From Paragordius varius (Eukaryota > Animalia > Nematomorpha), in assembly GCA_964247055.1 (NCBI GenBank), contig OZ176051.1, positions 9,672,001 through 9,736,000 on the forward strand: a stretch of DNA of 64,000 bases, in the 5' to 3' direction. The notes beneath the pieces were generated by a model. The model had not been told where the DNA came from and did no database searches. It was given only the letters and a program-made list of their open reading frames with translations. Positions 1 to 12,400 of this stretch are shown here, piece after piece (the first letter of the stretch is position 1; each line of letters starts with the position of its first letter). A program made the translations under genes and the position numbers.

Positions 1-100
1 ATTAGCCCAAAACACAATTTATTTTTAGGTAGGGTGAATTTGAATTGTTAAAGGGTAAATTTAAGTTGTTGTTCGAGGGTGAATTAGAATTGTAAATGGA
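1..100. mobile_element. Right arm of foldback/MITE family F1 (21-bp subrepeats), cut by the window edge
   Basis: gggtgaatttgaattgtt-type repeats ending gaattgtaaatgga; aligns by eye with 5468-5585 and with the right arm of 63206-63564. Confidence 0.7.
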
Positions 101-173
101 TTTCACCATTTCCATACACTATTAATTCATAAAAACTTAATTATTCTTTATATTTTACAACAACAAAAATTAA

Positions 174-3100
174 TTAATTTCCAATCGTTTTTCTGCGCCT
201 CTCATTTGACAATGATTGTGATAAATTATTATTCCCAGTTAGGGATTTTGATTGGGACGAGGTGACAGGGATTAAATTTTGGTCTCCAAAACACCATATT
301 TCAACACTATCAACCATAAAATCTTCTTTACAGGTCAGAGGTTCATTCCCAAAAGTTGAACATTCATGCGTTCGACCATGATTAAAATCAGCATCTATCC
401 ATAATCCGTATTGACCTCTGTTCGAGAAAAAAAGAAAATTATTACCTGATACTGTATTTGTGGAAAATATAAATTAGGAAACAAATAAATAACTAGTCTA
501 CGATAACTATTTATCTTACATATCGCTATGTTTTATTTAAATTACATAATCTCTTTCTATTAATCAATTTTTTAAACAATCATAGTTTAAAGGAATTAAA
601 AAGGATAATATAAAGTAATGTTAAGGTACTTACTTGCTTACTCCAAACGCTATGTAATCGGAGTTAGCCTGTATAATGCAATTATTATCACCGGTCCAAT
701 GATATACCTAAAGGAAAAAAAAGATATTAAAAAGATATAGTTATGAATAATTTCACATCTATATTTTCTAATATTAATGAAATAAAAATCAAAGTGTATA
801 AAACTAAACAACAAATTCTGACATTTGAGAATTTTGCATTATCTGATATTTACTATTTTAACAGTAAGTCTGAATTTTACTCTATATCAGGTATTTAGGG
901 GGTTAATTACTTTATTTAATAGAAACTGTTAAGTATCTAATTATAAAATCTGAATATTGATTAAGTTTATTATAAATTTAAAAACATCCACTAAACAATT
1001 TTTGAAAATTAACAGCTGACTGCTTAAATCAGTTTCAAATCTTATTTCCCTTGTATCCTCAAATATTTATGGATTTAAAAAATAATTTCACTATCCGAAA
1101 TTAAAATTAAACTATTTAACATTTTGAAATAGCGGAGAGTTTTGGATTTTTTAGTAATATGTTTAAAGGCCATAGGATGCAATCTTTTAATTATTGATAC
1201 TTTTTAAGAAAATTCGAAAACGGGCTAGCCTAATAAAAACCCCAATATATAATGAAAATGTATAGGTATACTATTTCGCAAAATTATAACAAATATTTTA
1301 CCGCATCTCAAATAATTCGGTCTATTTTCAAAAAATAAATCGAAAAATATCATTTTCAAAAAAGTTATTGTTTTTTATAAATGTATTATATATATATATA
1401 ATATATATATAATATGTTAGCTTTGCTTTGCCAAATAAGCGATAATATGCATATGATAACAACTTAAATGTTTGCCATTCGGTCAACACGCTACCAAACA
1501 ATGCTTTCAGCAAACAGATATATAGTTTGAAAATATGCACATATATATATTTATATACATAATTTAACCTTGAAAGTTGGATAAAACGTGTAAAGAAACG
1601 ATTCCCCGGTCCCGAAAAAGTTATCTTGTTGTTTGATTGGGCAAGAAGCTAGAGCCCCGAAAATCTGTAATAAAAATTGAATACAATAGACCGTATTTTG
1701 TTGTAATCCGTTAAATTTTTTATAAAATGCCTAATTACCGAAAACCTGCTTATGCTAAACTTCAACATTAGTTTCACTAAAACAACTTTGTTGTTTCTAG
1801 TTTTTTGGCATCAATACTACTTTTTTACTTAAATGATTTAATATATGTTTATTTGTAAACAGAAAATTTTATACTGAAAAATGTCATAAAGACTCAAAAA
1901 AAATTTATAAAAGAAAATTTATCTGACATGAATTGAATATATAACCGTTGTTCGAAAAGCTCATAGTAAGTCAACGTTGCCAACTAAACTATGAAACCGG
2001 TATAACAAAATCAGATGTTTTTTTCGAATATAAAACTGTAAATTTGACTATTTTATATTACTTATCCAAAATGTTAAATATCTTAAATTAAATAAAAAAA
2101 TATTTTATACATCATACGTTTAAAGATGTATCCCTCACAACTAATAAAACTGGAGAATCGGGGCGCACCAATTTATGCATTTTACGAAACATTGTTTGAA
2201 GAGAATAACCATCTCTTTGTGTACTATAAACCAGTATCCAATTGTAACCAATTGCACGGGCTTGCAATTCTCGGCTAATCTGTGTACGTATAAATTATTA
2301 GTACTACTTGTATCATTTATAGAGAAAAATACTATTGTGCCAGAAACAATCATGCCGTAAAAATTTAACATTGAAGAATTGAAATGGTTTATTTTAAAGA
2401 AATGGAGAGAGAATAAACAAGTAATAAACACTCGGGCCCTGACATAGTATAAGCGACCCGCTAAAATTTTAAAAAAATTACCAAAAATAGTATAAATTGC
2501 AAAATCAACAAAATCCTAATATAAAATTGATAGTTCAACAAATTTTCTAGTGAATAATTCCAAATTTTGGCAATTCACTAGCGAAAATTGGTGAAATAGC
2601 ATTGGTGTTGTCTTCGTATTTTTATACAGTCTTATAAATTCTAATGGAATATTTATGAATGCCCATATAATTTTTGAATGCGGGGCCGGGTTGTCTGAGT
2701 AAAAATGCGGTCGCAACTCATCTGTTTAAGAGAGCAGCCCAGTAATAAACTATTATAGACTACGCTATTTATGATTTAATTATCCATAATATAATAAAAT
2801 TCGTAAACTGGAAACTTTAAAACCTTTAAAAAGATATGTTTATAATATTACTCGCGAAAATGCGGATCATAAAATTATCTTAAATATGGTTATATAAAAA
2901 TATTTACCTGTTTAATTTGGGAATCATCCAATATATAACTATTATCCAGCATATAGGGTTCCTCATGAACAACATTTGAAAGAGATTTTGCATGTCTTTT
3001 TTCTAACATCTATAGATTTTTTTTATAAAATATTTATTAGTGATGGTTAAGAAAACAACATTTCTGCCTACTTGCCAATCAGTCGATTTTAGTTCCGTAT

Positions 3101-3191
3101 TCCCTAAACACGATGTAGTGTGATTACTGAATGATTTGTGGGTGATGGATAGTTTAGAATTAAGTTTTTTGCGCATAAATTTCACAAACAT
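174..3191 (-). CDS. TLDc-only OXR1/NCOA7-family paralog, ~265 aa, 6 exons (3191-3072, 3009-2908, 2279-2118, 1664-1569, 707-634, 417-174)
   Basis: All introns GT-AG and phase-compatible. Translation contains ISRELQARAIGYNWILVYSTQRDGYSL, IFGALASCP..FFGTGESFLYTFYP, VYHWTGDN and GQYGLWIDADFNHGRTHECSTFGNEPL..EDFMVDSVEIWCF, which are TLDc hallmarks. Start codon is inferred. Confidence 0.8.
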
Positions 3192-3340
3192 TATTGCATA
3201 CTTAATAAAAATTTTAATTATATATAAGGGTGTATAATTTTGAGGAAAAATATATATAGGTTTGAATAAAAGTAGAAATATTAACGGTATTTACTTAAAC
3301 AATAACAACGATCACGTTCGTTTTTATATTTTAATATTTA

Positions 3341-3536
3341 CAGTATGTGTAAGAATACTTTGGTAGAAAGTTATCAATTATTGCCAAAAAGCATATACAA
3401 CAAAGGGCAAAATTATTGGCTTATTATAGTTATTTTTTCACTTTTTACTTTTATTAGCCAATAATAATTCTCTTTGTTGCATATGCTATTTGGCAATAAT
3501 TAATAACTTTCTAGCAATATAAACTTACTCACACTG
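3341..3536. mobile_element. Palindromic Tc1/mariner-type MITE (same family as 10067-10252)
   Basis: TA|CAGT...ACTG|TA ends; long inverted arms (tagaaagttat..ttattgccaaa..gcatat / atatgctatttggcaataa..taactttcta). Confidence 0.7.
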
Positions 3537-3944
3537 TAAATACAACCGAAATTATTTGATGTTAATTAATTCAAAATGTTTGGATAAATCATTAATATTA
3601 ATTATTTACCGCCTGATTTACAACTACCGTCAATTTATTTTTTAATTAATCCAACCCGTTATGCGAAGTAGTATTTTTTCTGACTTAAGAAACTCATTGT
3701 GAAATTCAACAATTTTCACCAAATAAGCATCGAATTTTCAGTTTATACCAGAAGTTAAAGTAGAAAACAGACTACTGTTTGAAAAATTGTTGTTGCTAAA
3801 ATAAAATTATCAAATCTTCTTCTCCTGTATCCGATAAAAAACTGAAAATTTTCAGTTTTTTAACTTTTAGGGTTTTAAATTCAAATAGTTGCAAAAGACG
3901 ATTGAAACGAACAGGTGATATTCAAATCAATAAATATTAAAAAT

Positions 3945-4215
3945 TTGCTGGTAAACTGTTATTTAAAAGCTTTAAAAAGTTAATTATTTATATTTTTTAA
4001 CCATAATATACATTTATTTGCCTGTGTTCACGATTCAAAAAAGTTTAAGGAAAATGGCGGCAAAGAAGTTTAAATGAAGATTTCTACAGTTTTACAAAAA
4101 TATTTTGTCACATGCACTAAAAGGCTAAAATATATTTTTAAATTTGACCCAATGCTAAAAATATTTATTAAGATATATAAAAAGAGCCCTGGTGTATAAA
4201 ACTACCTCAAAAAGT
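3945..4215 (-). mobile_element. Fragment of piggyBac-like MITE family M2, reverse orientation
   Basis: ctggtgtataaaactacctcaaaaag is the reverse complement of the M2 subterminal motif; the interior matches 30679-31170 and 46999-47474 by eye. Confidence 0.55.
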
Positions 4216-5257
4216 TATAAAGTGTTAATTTACAAAACGTATCCCAATATTTTATTAGAGATATATAAAATTATGATTCAAATGTTTTTAATGATAATTT
4301 CCGAAATACTACCAAACACTTTGATATATGTAAATTAATTAGGTACCCATTCACCGTTTTTAACAATAATTATAGATTTTTTACTGGCTCCAATTCTCTT
4401 TCGCATCTAATAATAAAAAATTATCAAATTTAAAAATGATATTTTTAATACAACCCCTTACATAAAAAATAGTTTTATTGCTGGTGGACACGCTTTAGAC
4501 CAGAGTTGTTCAATACGGGGCCCTCGGGCCGGGGGCTCTCTACAAATATTTCCGCAGCCCGCGTGAAAAAATTTAAATATATGATTTTACAAATTAATTT
4601 CTTTAGCAAATTTTCTGGTAGTTCTTTCCGAATTTTGGCAATAAACCTGCAAAAAATGTTAAAAAGCCTTATGGTTAAAAATAATAAAATATTTGTTAAA
4701 CCTATTTGCGAATGCAGGCTTCCGGATTTTTTGATTCAAAATTTTAAAAAATAGTATAAATACCTATAATCGAGAGGATGGGGACATATATAATCCAATA
4801 GCGTAATATGAATAGATTTTACATGTGACATAAACACACATGCACCAATTTAATTGCTTAAATTTGAGATTTTTAATGGAAACAAAACTCCATATCCTCC
4901 GAGACTAGTACATTTTTTATCCTTTTGTATTACACTTTGCTTTTAAACAATTATTTCATATAAATACAGATAGCAAATAACGAAAAATTTTGATAAAATT
5001 TCATAATTCCCTTATATTTTATTATAATTTAAATGTATGTTGTGGTAAATATATATAATAAAATCTAATGAATACCTTAAATGCAAAAATTAAATAGGAA
5101 TGTGCAAATTGTGTCTATAAATAATTATGTAAGTAATAAACTAAAAATGTTTCACAAAGATTGTCGAACTATTTACAATATACAGACAATTATTAGTGAC
5201 CATTTTAGCTTGTAAATTTTCAAAGCGTATAATACAGATGAATGACTGTGCTTAAAT

Positions 5258-5585
5258 ATACCATTTAAAGTTCAAATCCACCCTTGAACAATTCATATTC
5301 ACCCTTGAACAATTCAAATTCACTCTACAATAAATTATGTGTTTTTTAAGATTAAAAACTACCTATATTTTATATTTTTATAAAAAAGAAACGTTTAAAA
5401 TTAATATAATACTGAAAAAATTATAAACTGTGCTATAAGAATATATTTCTTATTATTAATAAGTTATATTAGCCCGAAAACACAATTAATTTTTAGGGTG
5501 AATTTGCATTGTTCAGGGGTAAATTTGTATTGTTCGAGGGTGAATTAGAATTGTTCAAAGGTGAATTTGAATTGTAAATGGAATA
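5258..5585. mobile_element. Foldback/MITE family F1 with 21-bp subrepeats in the arms, just downstream of the OXR1 stop codon
   Basis: Left arm tataccatttaaagttcaaatccacccttgaacaattc..., right arm ...gggtgaatttgcattgttc...tgtaaatgg; same structure as 63206-63564. Confidence 0.75.
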
Positions 5586-5656
5586 TCACCATTCCCATAT
5601 GCCATTAATTCATAAAAACTTAATTATTCTTTGAATTTTACAACAACAAAAAATAA

Positions 5657-8600
5657 TTAATTTCCAATCGTTTTTCTACGTCTCTCATTTGACAATGATT
5701 GTGAAAAATTATTCCCAGTGAGGGATTTTGATTGGGACGAGGTGACAGGGATCAAATTTTGGTCTCCAAAACACCATATTTCAACACTATCAACCATAAA
5801 ATCTTCTTTACAGGTCAAAGGTTCATTCCCAAAAGTTGAACATTCATGCGTTCGACCATGATTAAAATCAGCATCTATCCATAATCCGTATTGACCTCTG
5901 TAGAGGAAAAAAAGGAAGTATTACCATAAACTGTATTTCAAAAGTATAAATTAGGAAACAAAATATAACTAGACTGATTACTAATTACAAAGGCTCTTCT
6001 TACTCGCTAGGTTTTTGTAAATTACATAATCTCTTTAATTATTAATCAATTTTTTGAACTAGTTTACAGAATTGAATTTTTTGAACAATATAAAATGTTA
6101 AGGTACTTACTTGCTTACTCCAAACGCTATGTAATCAGAGTTAGCCTGTATAATGCAATTATTATCACCGGTCCAATGATATACCTAAAGGAAAAAAAGA
6201 TATTAAAAAGATATAGTTATGAAGTAATTTCATATAATCTTTTCAAATATTAACAAAATAAAAATCAAAGTGTATAAAACTAAACAACAAATTCTGACAT
6301 TCGAGAATTTTGCATTATCTGATATTTACTATTTTAACATTAAGTCTGAATTTAAAATTATAATTCTACATAAGAATTTTTATAATTTAATTTTTTATAA
6401 TTATGCGCACTTTTTTTAATAATTAAACTAAAAGTTTTTTGAAAATATAAAACAAATTCCCATTTGTAATATATCATTTGAAAGAGTAAAACTATCATCG
6501 ATAGTAAATATTAGACATAGGAAGCAAACATCCCGGAAAGAGCTTTTTAGTCAATAAATAAATTTTAATCTAATAGAAGAACATAGTTCAAACTTTGTAG
6601 ATGGTAATCAATGTCTAAAACAATAACCCATTTTTTACACTTAATTGCTTTTATGTCAATTTTTTTATTTTAAAAAATTACCATATCATCAATATTGATT
6701 TACGCTAGAAAGCTTATCAATTTTAAAGATTAAAAATAAATAAGGTATTCTTGATCATTTATAACGATTATGCAAAATATAGTTTTAATTATGGATTGGC
6801 ACTAATTAACATAATTTTGATAATAATGATTTTTATTAAAAAAGAAAACCAAGAACTAGATTTTTTTTAATTTTTACTAATGTACCTTAATAATTATATA
6901 AAATTAATATATATAATTTTAAAATCAGTTTGCCTGAGAAAATTAACTTTATGGGTTGAACATTTTAACCATCAAAGCCAAATAACTTTACACCAGAATG
7001 AATAACTAACTACCAATCGAAAGATTCAGTTTTTTGCGCTCTTCCATTTTATATAAAATATGGTATATATCTAAATCTTTTAATCTTGAAAATTTCCTTA
7101 ATGCTGAATAGGGGCCAAAATTTTTCGACAAGCTCTAATAAAAAAATCTTAGATGTTAGACCAGCTTTTTCAGATATAAAATATATGTACTTTGATGAAA
7201 TAATTTCAATTCACAAAAAAACACTTAAAAAAGTCAAAATTTATTGTTTGGAGCAATGAATTATGCTTATAATTAAATAAAAAATAGAATTAGCGTATTT
7301 ATTTGCGAAACCATTATTTTTTGTAAATGAAATATTTATATATCAACAAGGAAGTAGTTATTATTTTACAAACTAACCTGCGATAATGAAAAGTAAGCCT
7401 AATGTATATGTAAACGTTCATTTTGAATAAAATTTTCAAATACAAAAAATATTTTTTGTTGATAAACGCTTATATATTTTAGCGTCGTATTGTCAAATAA
7501 ATGATATAAGTATGCATATTATATGCGCTATAAACATGTAAAAATATTAACATTAAAATATAAAAATAATTTATTGAATAAATAAAACGTTTGTAAAGAA
7601 TTTATAATAATTTTAACCTTAAAATCTGGATAAAATGTGTAAAGAAACGATTCCCCAGTTCCAAAAAAATATTCTTGTTGTTCGATTGGACAGGAAGCTA
7701 GAGCACCGAAAATCTGGTGATAAATCATATATCAGATTATTTAAAAAACCTTAAATATTTTTCACGAAAATCGCATAAAAGCGTTTAAATAAAAATGTAC
7801 CGTGGCTTTTTTTTGCAGATGTGAAAAAAAAAATTATAATCAAAAAATTAATATAACTTTAATAAACACCTTTAATTTTGTTTAAAACATAATCTATGTT
7901 TTGTTGAAAGTTAAAAAAGAGATTTTAAATTTTAAAAGTAATTTATTCATAAGAATTTCCATAATTCTATAAAAGTAAGTATTTTTGATAGCATATTACA
8001 AAAAGGCCATACTAAAACTCAGTAATGGGTTAAAAATAATTTTTAAATAATATAAATCCGTATTTTATAAAGTGTTTCTTTTATGACTAGCATATAAAAA
8101 ATAGTAGTAACCAAAATATTTTATTAATTCTAAAAAAACTATGTAACCATTAATTAATAAAAACACATTAGTATTTCATAAATAATATGTAATCTAAAAA
8201 ATTAACCCTTTTATTTTTGATAACAAGCGCGTTTAATACAAAGTAGATAAATATTTAAACAAATGCCATAATTTTTATTTTTAAGTAAAAAATTAAACTC
8301 TCTCTTAAATATATACATATATAATTTAAACAATATGCTACATTTGAAGATGTATCCCTAACAACTAATAAAACTGGAGAATCAGGATCAGCTGATTCAT
8401 GCATTTTTCGAAACATTGTTTGAAGGGAATAACCATCTCTTTGCGTACTATAAACCAATATCCAATTGTAACCAATTGCACGAGCAGGTAATTCTCGGCT
8501 TATCTATAAACAAGAAATCGGCCATAATGCAAAACGAATAAAACAAAACAATACTTTTTAAACCTTTGTTTGTCACAATAAAAATATGTATATGATTGTA

Positions 8601-9401
8601 TATTAATATTTTTGTAAACGTTGATTTTGCTTCAATATAGAATAGAATAATTAATTAACCAAAATTTTTACTGAAAAAACCACATCAAATTCGTCTATAT
8701 AGGGAAAGAATTTAAAAAAGATTGCATCCTTTTGTAAAGTTTTTAATAAATAGGCCAAATGCATATTATCGATGAACATTATCTATTGTAAATTATTCAT
8801 AAAAATTAAATAATAACTTTCACCTGTTTTATTTGAGATTCATCCATTATATCACTATTATCAAGCATACAAGGTTTTTCATCATAAACTACATTTAAAG
8901 TGGGGCCTTTAGGGCTCTGTTCTAAAATCTAATTAGTCGAAGAAAAATATCAGCAATCATTATATGACAAAACTAAAAAAATCAAATTAATTTAACGTTA
9001 ACATTTCATTTATCAGAGTAAACTTTAAACTCAAAAAATAACACACAGTTAAAAATAATATTCAGACGAAAACTAAAGTATAGTTACGTTTAAAACTAAA
9101 AAGATTCAATGTAAAATGTATAAAAGTGTATTACCAATATTTGCATTTGTATTCCTTATTTAGCAAAACGATAAATTATATATGTTCAAAAACATGGCCG
9201 ATTAATATGTTGTCTTTTTTTATAAATTTGTCACACAATTTCACTGAAAATGAAAAAATAATAATTTTTTCCTGCTTACTTGCCAATCATCGCCTATTCT
9301 AGATTCCGTATTTGCTGGTAGTGATATAGTTCGACTTATGCCCGATTTGGGAGAAATGCGCATTTTAACATTTTCACGTATAAATTTTATAATCATGATA
9401 G

Positions 9402-9439
<38 letters not shown>

Positions 9440-12400
9440 TTATATGTAATCTTTTTAATATTTATATCGAATATGTTTTTTTAATTTGTATCTAATTTAG
9501 TGTATGCTTTTGTTTTTCTATTTTAAATTTTTTCCAATTGACAAAAATTACTTGGAGGAATCGAAAATTCATGCTAATATATGAATTTAATCATTTGTAA
9601 TTTTAAGATTTCCCAATATTAATATCACAATTTTAAAGAAAATATATATATATAGCATGTGAATAAAAAAATTAAAAAATTACTCAAGTTCGCTCATACA
9701 ATACCAAAAATCGTTTGTTGTTTCAATCGGATTGTCTGAACCCGTTTGATTATCTTTATTTGATTCTGGGTTATCATTGTTTGAGGATGTTTGACAAAAA
9801 GTTAAATGCATGAAAATAGGTTTAACATCTTGTGAGTTGGTGTTTGTTTCAGAGGCCTTATTATCCGTTATGACATTTAATTGTTTTAATTTTTCATCTA
9901 ATGTAAATGAGGAATTATTTAGAAAATAAAAATGAAAACGGAACCATGTTTCCGCAAAAAATTGAGATTTTTCCATTTTCATAAAAATACAAATTTTTTA
10001 ATTATCATTTATTTGTTCTTTTAAACAAGGTGTTTTTTTAATTATTTCATAAAAAATGTAAATATACAGTATAAATATACATTGCTAGAAAGTCATTAAT
10101 TATTGCCAAATAGCATATACAACAATGAGCGGTATTATTGGCTTATAATTATACTTTCACTTTTTACTATTATAAGCCAATTATATTTCTCTATGCTGCA
10201 TATGCGATTTGGCAATAATTACTAACTTTCTAGCAATATACAACTTATACTGTATTTTAAATTTAATATCTATTCATTTGCATTGCAATAATAGGTACGT
10301 ATAAATGTAAAAAATTCACAAAAAATAATTGTGTTGAGGCGAAAACTTTGTTTAAAATCGTTTATAAAATATATATGTGAAACTGGAACCAAACCAGATG
10401 AAAACATATGATCATAGAATTAGCAAAAATAATCGCATACTTATAATGAGAGGCACATCTTGTGAAAATACATCTTTCCATAACTTTTTGTTTGTAGCAA
10501 GGGTGTCCTGCTCTATATTCGCCGTGTCTATTTTACTGTCATTACAATGAATGGTTGACAGAATGGTTTTCAAACTTTTGCCGTAATTTTTCGTTTCCTC
10601 CAAGATGATATTTTTATCGTCATCGATGGGGACATCGTTTTCCTTTTTGTTTTGATGATGATGATGGGTCGTAAAATTATTTTCAGGGGATTTAGATCTC
10701 GAACTACTTTCTGTATCAGAGCTGGAGGTATGATGGTAAGTAGGATCATTTTCAAACAACAAATATTTCGTGAATTGTATGAGGTGAGATGATATTGATG
10801 TTCTAACCCCAGGCGTAGTCAATGATTCTTTGGGGGCTTTAGTTTTATCAAACTTTTGAATGTATTTGTCTAGATCGGGGGATTGTACAGTCAAAGCAGC
10901 ATCCCAAGAGGCAATTAAATTGATTGGTTTAAACGACAAACTAATAGGGAAAAATGCATTAAGTAAAGACATTTCAACAAAGGTTAAAAACAATATGGTA
11001 AAACGATGTTATACTTAATCGTTGGGCTAGATTCCTGATATGTATTAAGCTCATGATTTTTAGATTCTGCATCATTTTTTAGAATGTACACATCCCTGTA
11101 TAACTCAATTTTTTCAAGATCTTGAACGGGTCTTGACATCGATTTAGAACAAGTATCCATTTCTTGTAAAGCAGTAATTTTATCTTGATTTATGAGGGAT
11201 TCATCTTTAAGAAGAGAGTTATTTTCATCCGTTTCATGAGAATAAAAGTGAGATTTAGATTCATCGTCTTTTACTGGCTGGTTAGAGTTGTCAATTATTT
11301 TTTTATCACAATCAAACATTATCATGTTTGGAGCAAATAATAACGTACCCAATGTATGCGAGGGGATGTGTGTCGCCTTAATGAAAATAGATTAAAATTT
11401 AAAATGAGATAAAGTCATTGTAGGAAAATATTTGTCCTTAAAATTTCGTTTTTAATAAAAAAAATTACGTTTCAACATAAACTATGCTTGATATAAAATA
11501 AGTTTATTTACAAAATTTTCTTTGAAATAAAGTGCTATAGATCGACATTTAACAAAATTTTGTATAGCAGGATCATGTTCTTCAATGAAATCCTTAAGGA
11601 GTTCCCCCTGACTAGTATTATTTTTGACAGGCATATTTTTATTTGCCATTAGTTCCTTTGTGTCGGATTCCTCTAAAACAATATATATTTTTAAAGTTAT
11701 ATAATGAAAATTTTATAACACAGTAAAAAATATAAAAAATTTATTACGGCACAAAAAGTTAAGAGTAGGGATAATAATATATTTAAATATTATGGAGTTT
11801 TATAAATATTTTTTTGAAATAAAAAACCATCTACTAATTAAAATTATCTTTGTGATAATAAATCGATAAAATACAGTAAAAACCGGATTATACGGACAAA
11901 TCGTAAAAATATAACGACAAATATTTTTTCCTAAAAGACAACCGTACTTTTTGAATATTGGTTATTTTAATATAACTAATGGTTTTAAACTGCAAAGTAT
12001 GAAATTGATATGGGTAAAACAATTAATTATATAATTTAAATTGTAGTTATATAATTTATATGAGAAAAATTAAGGTTTAAAAGTATGGTTGTCTTTTGAA
12101 AAAAAATATTTGTCTTTATATTTTTACGTTTTGTCCGTATAATTACAATTTTTACTGTACAATAAAATATATGAAATAAATTTAATAAAACCTTGTTTTA
12201 CGTTGGCGTCAAATGTAACTCGACTAGTATATTGTTTCAATGATTGTGTTCTGATTGGTGATGTAGTCTAAATATAATAAAATAAATCATATTTAAAAGC
12301 AGCATGAAATTTTAATTAAAAGGAATTATAATATTATATAATTGTACTTGTTGCCTTTAACACTAAAGTATAAAAATATAATTTATTTTGGATAAAATAG

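Noticed and set aside
10941-11014. Overlapping ORFs 10984-11352 and 10412-10993 as a programmed frameshift
   Set aside because: Explained by a 74-nt GT-AG phase-2 intron of OXR1
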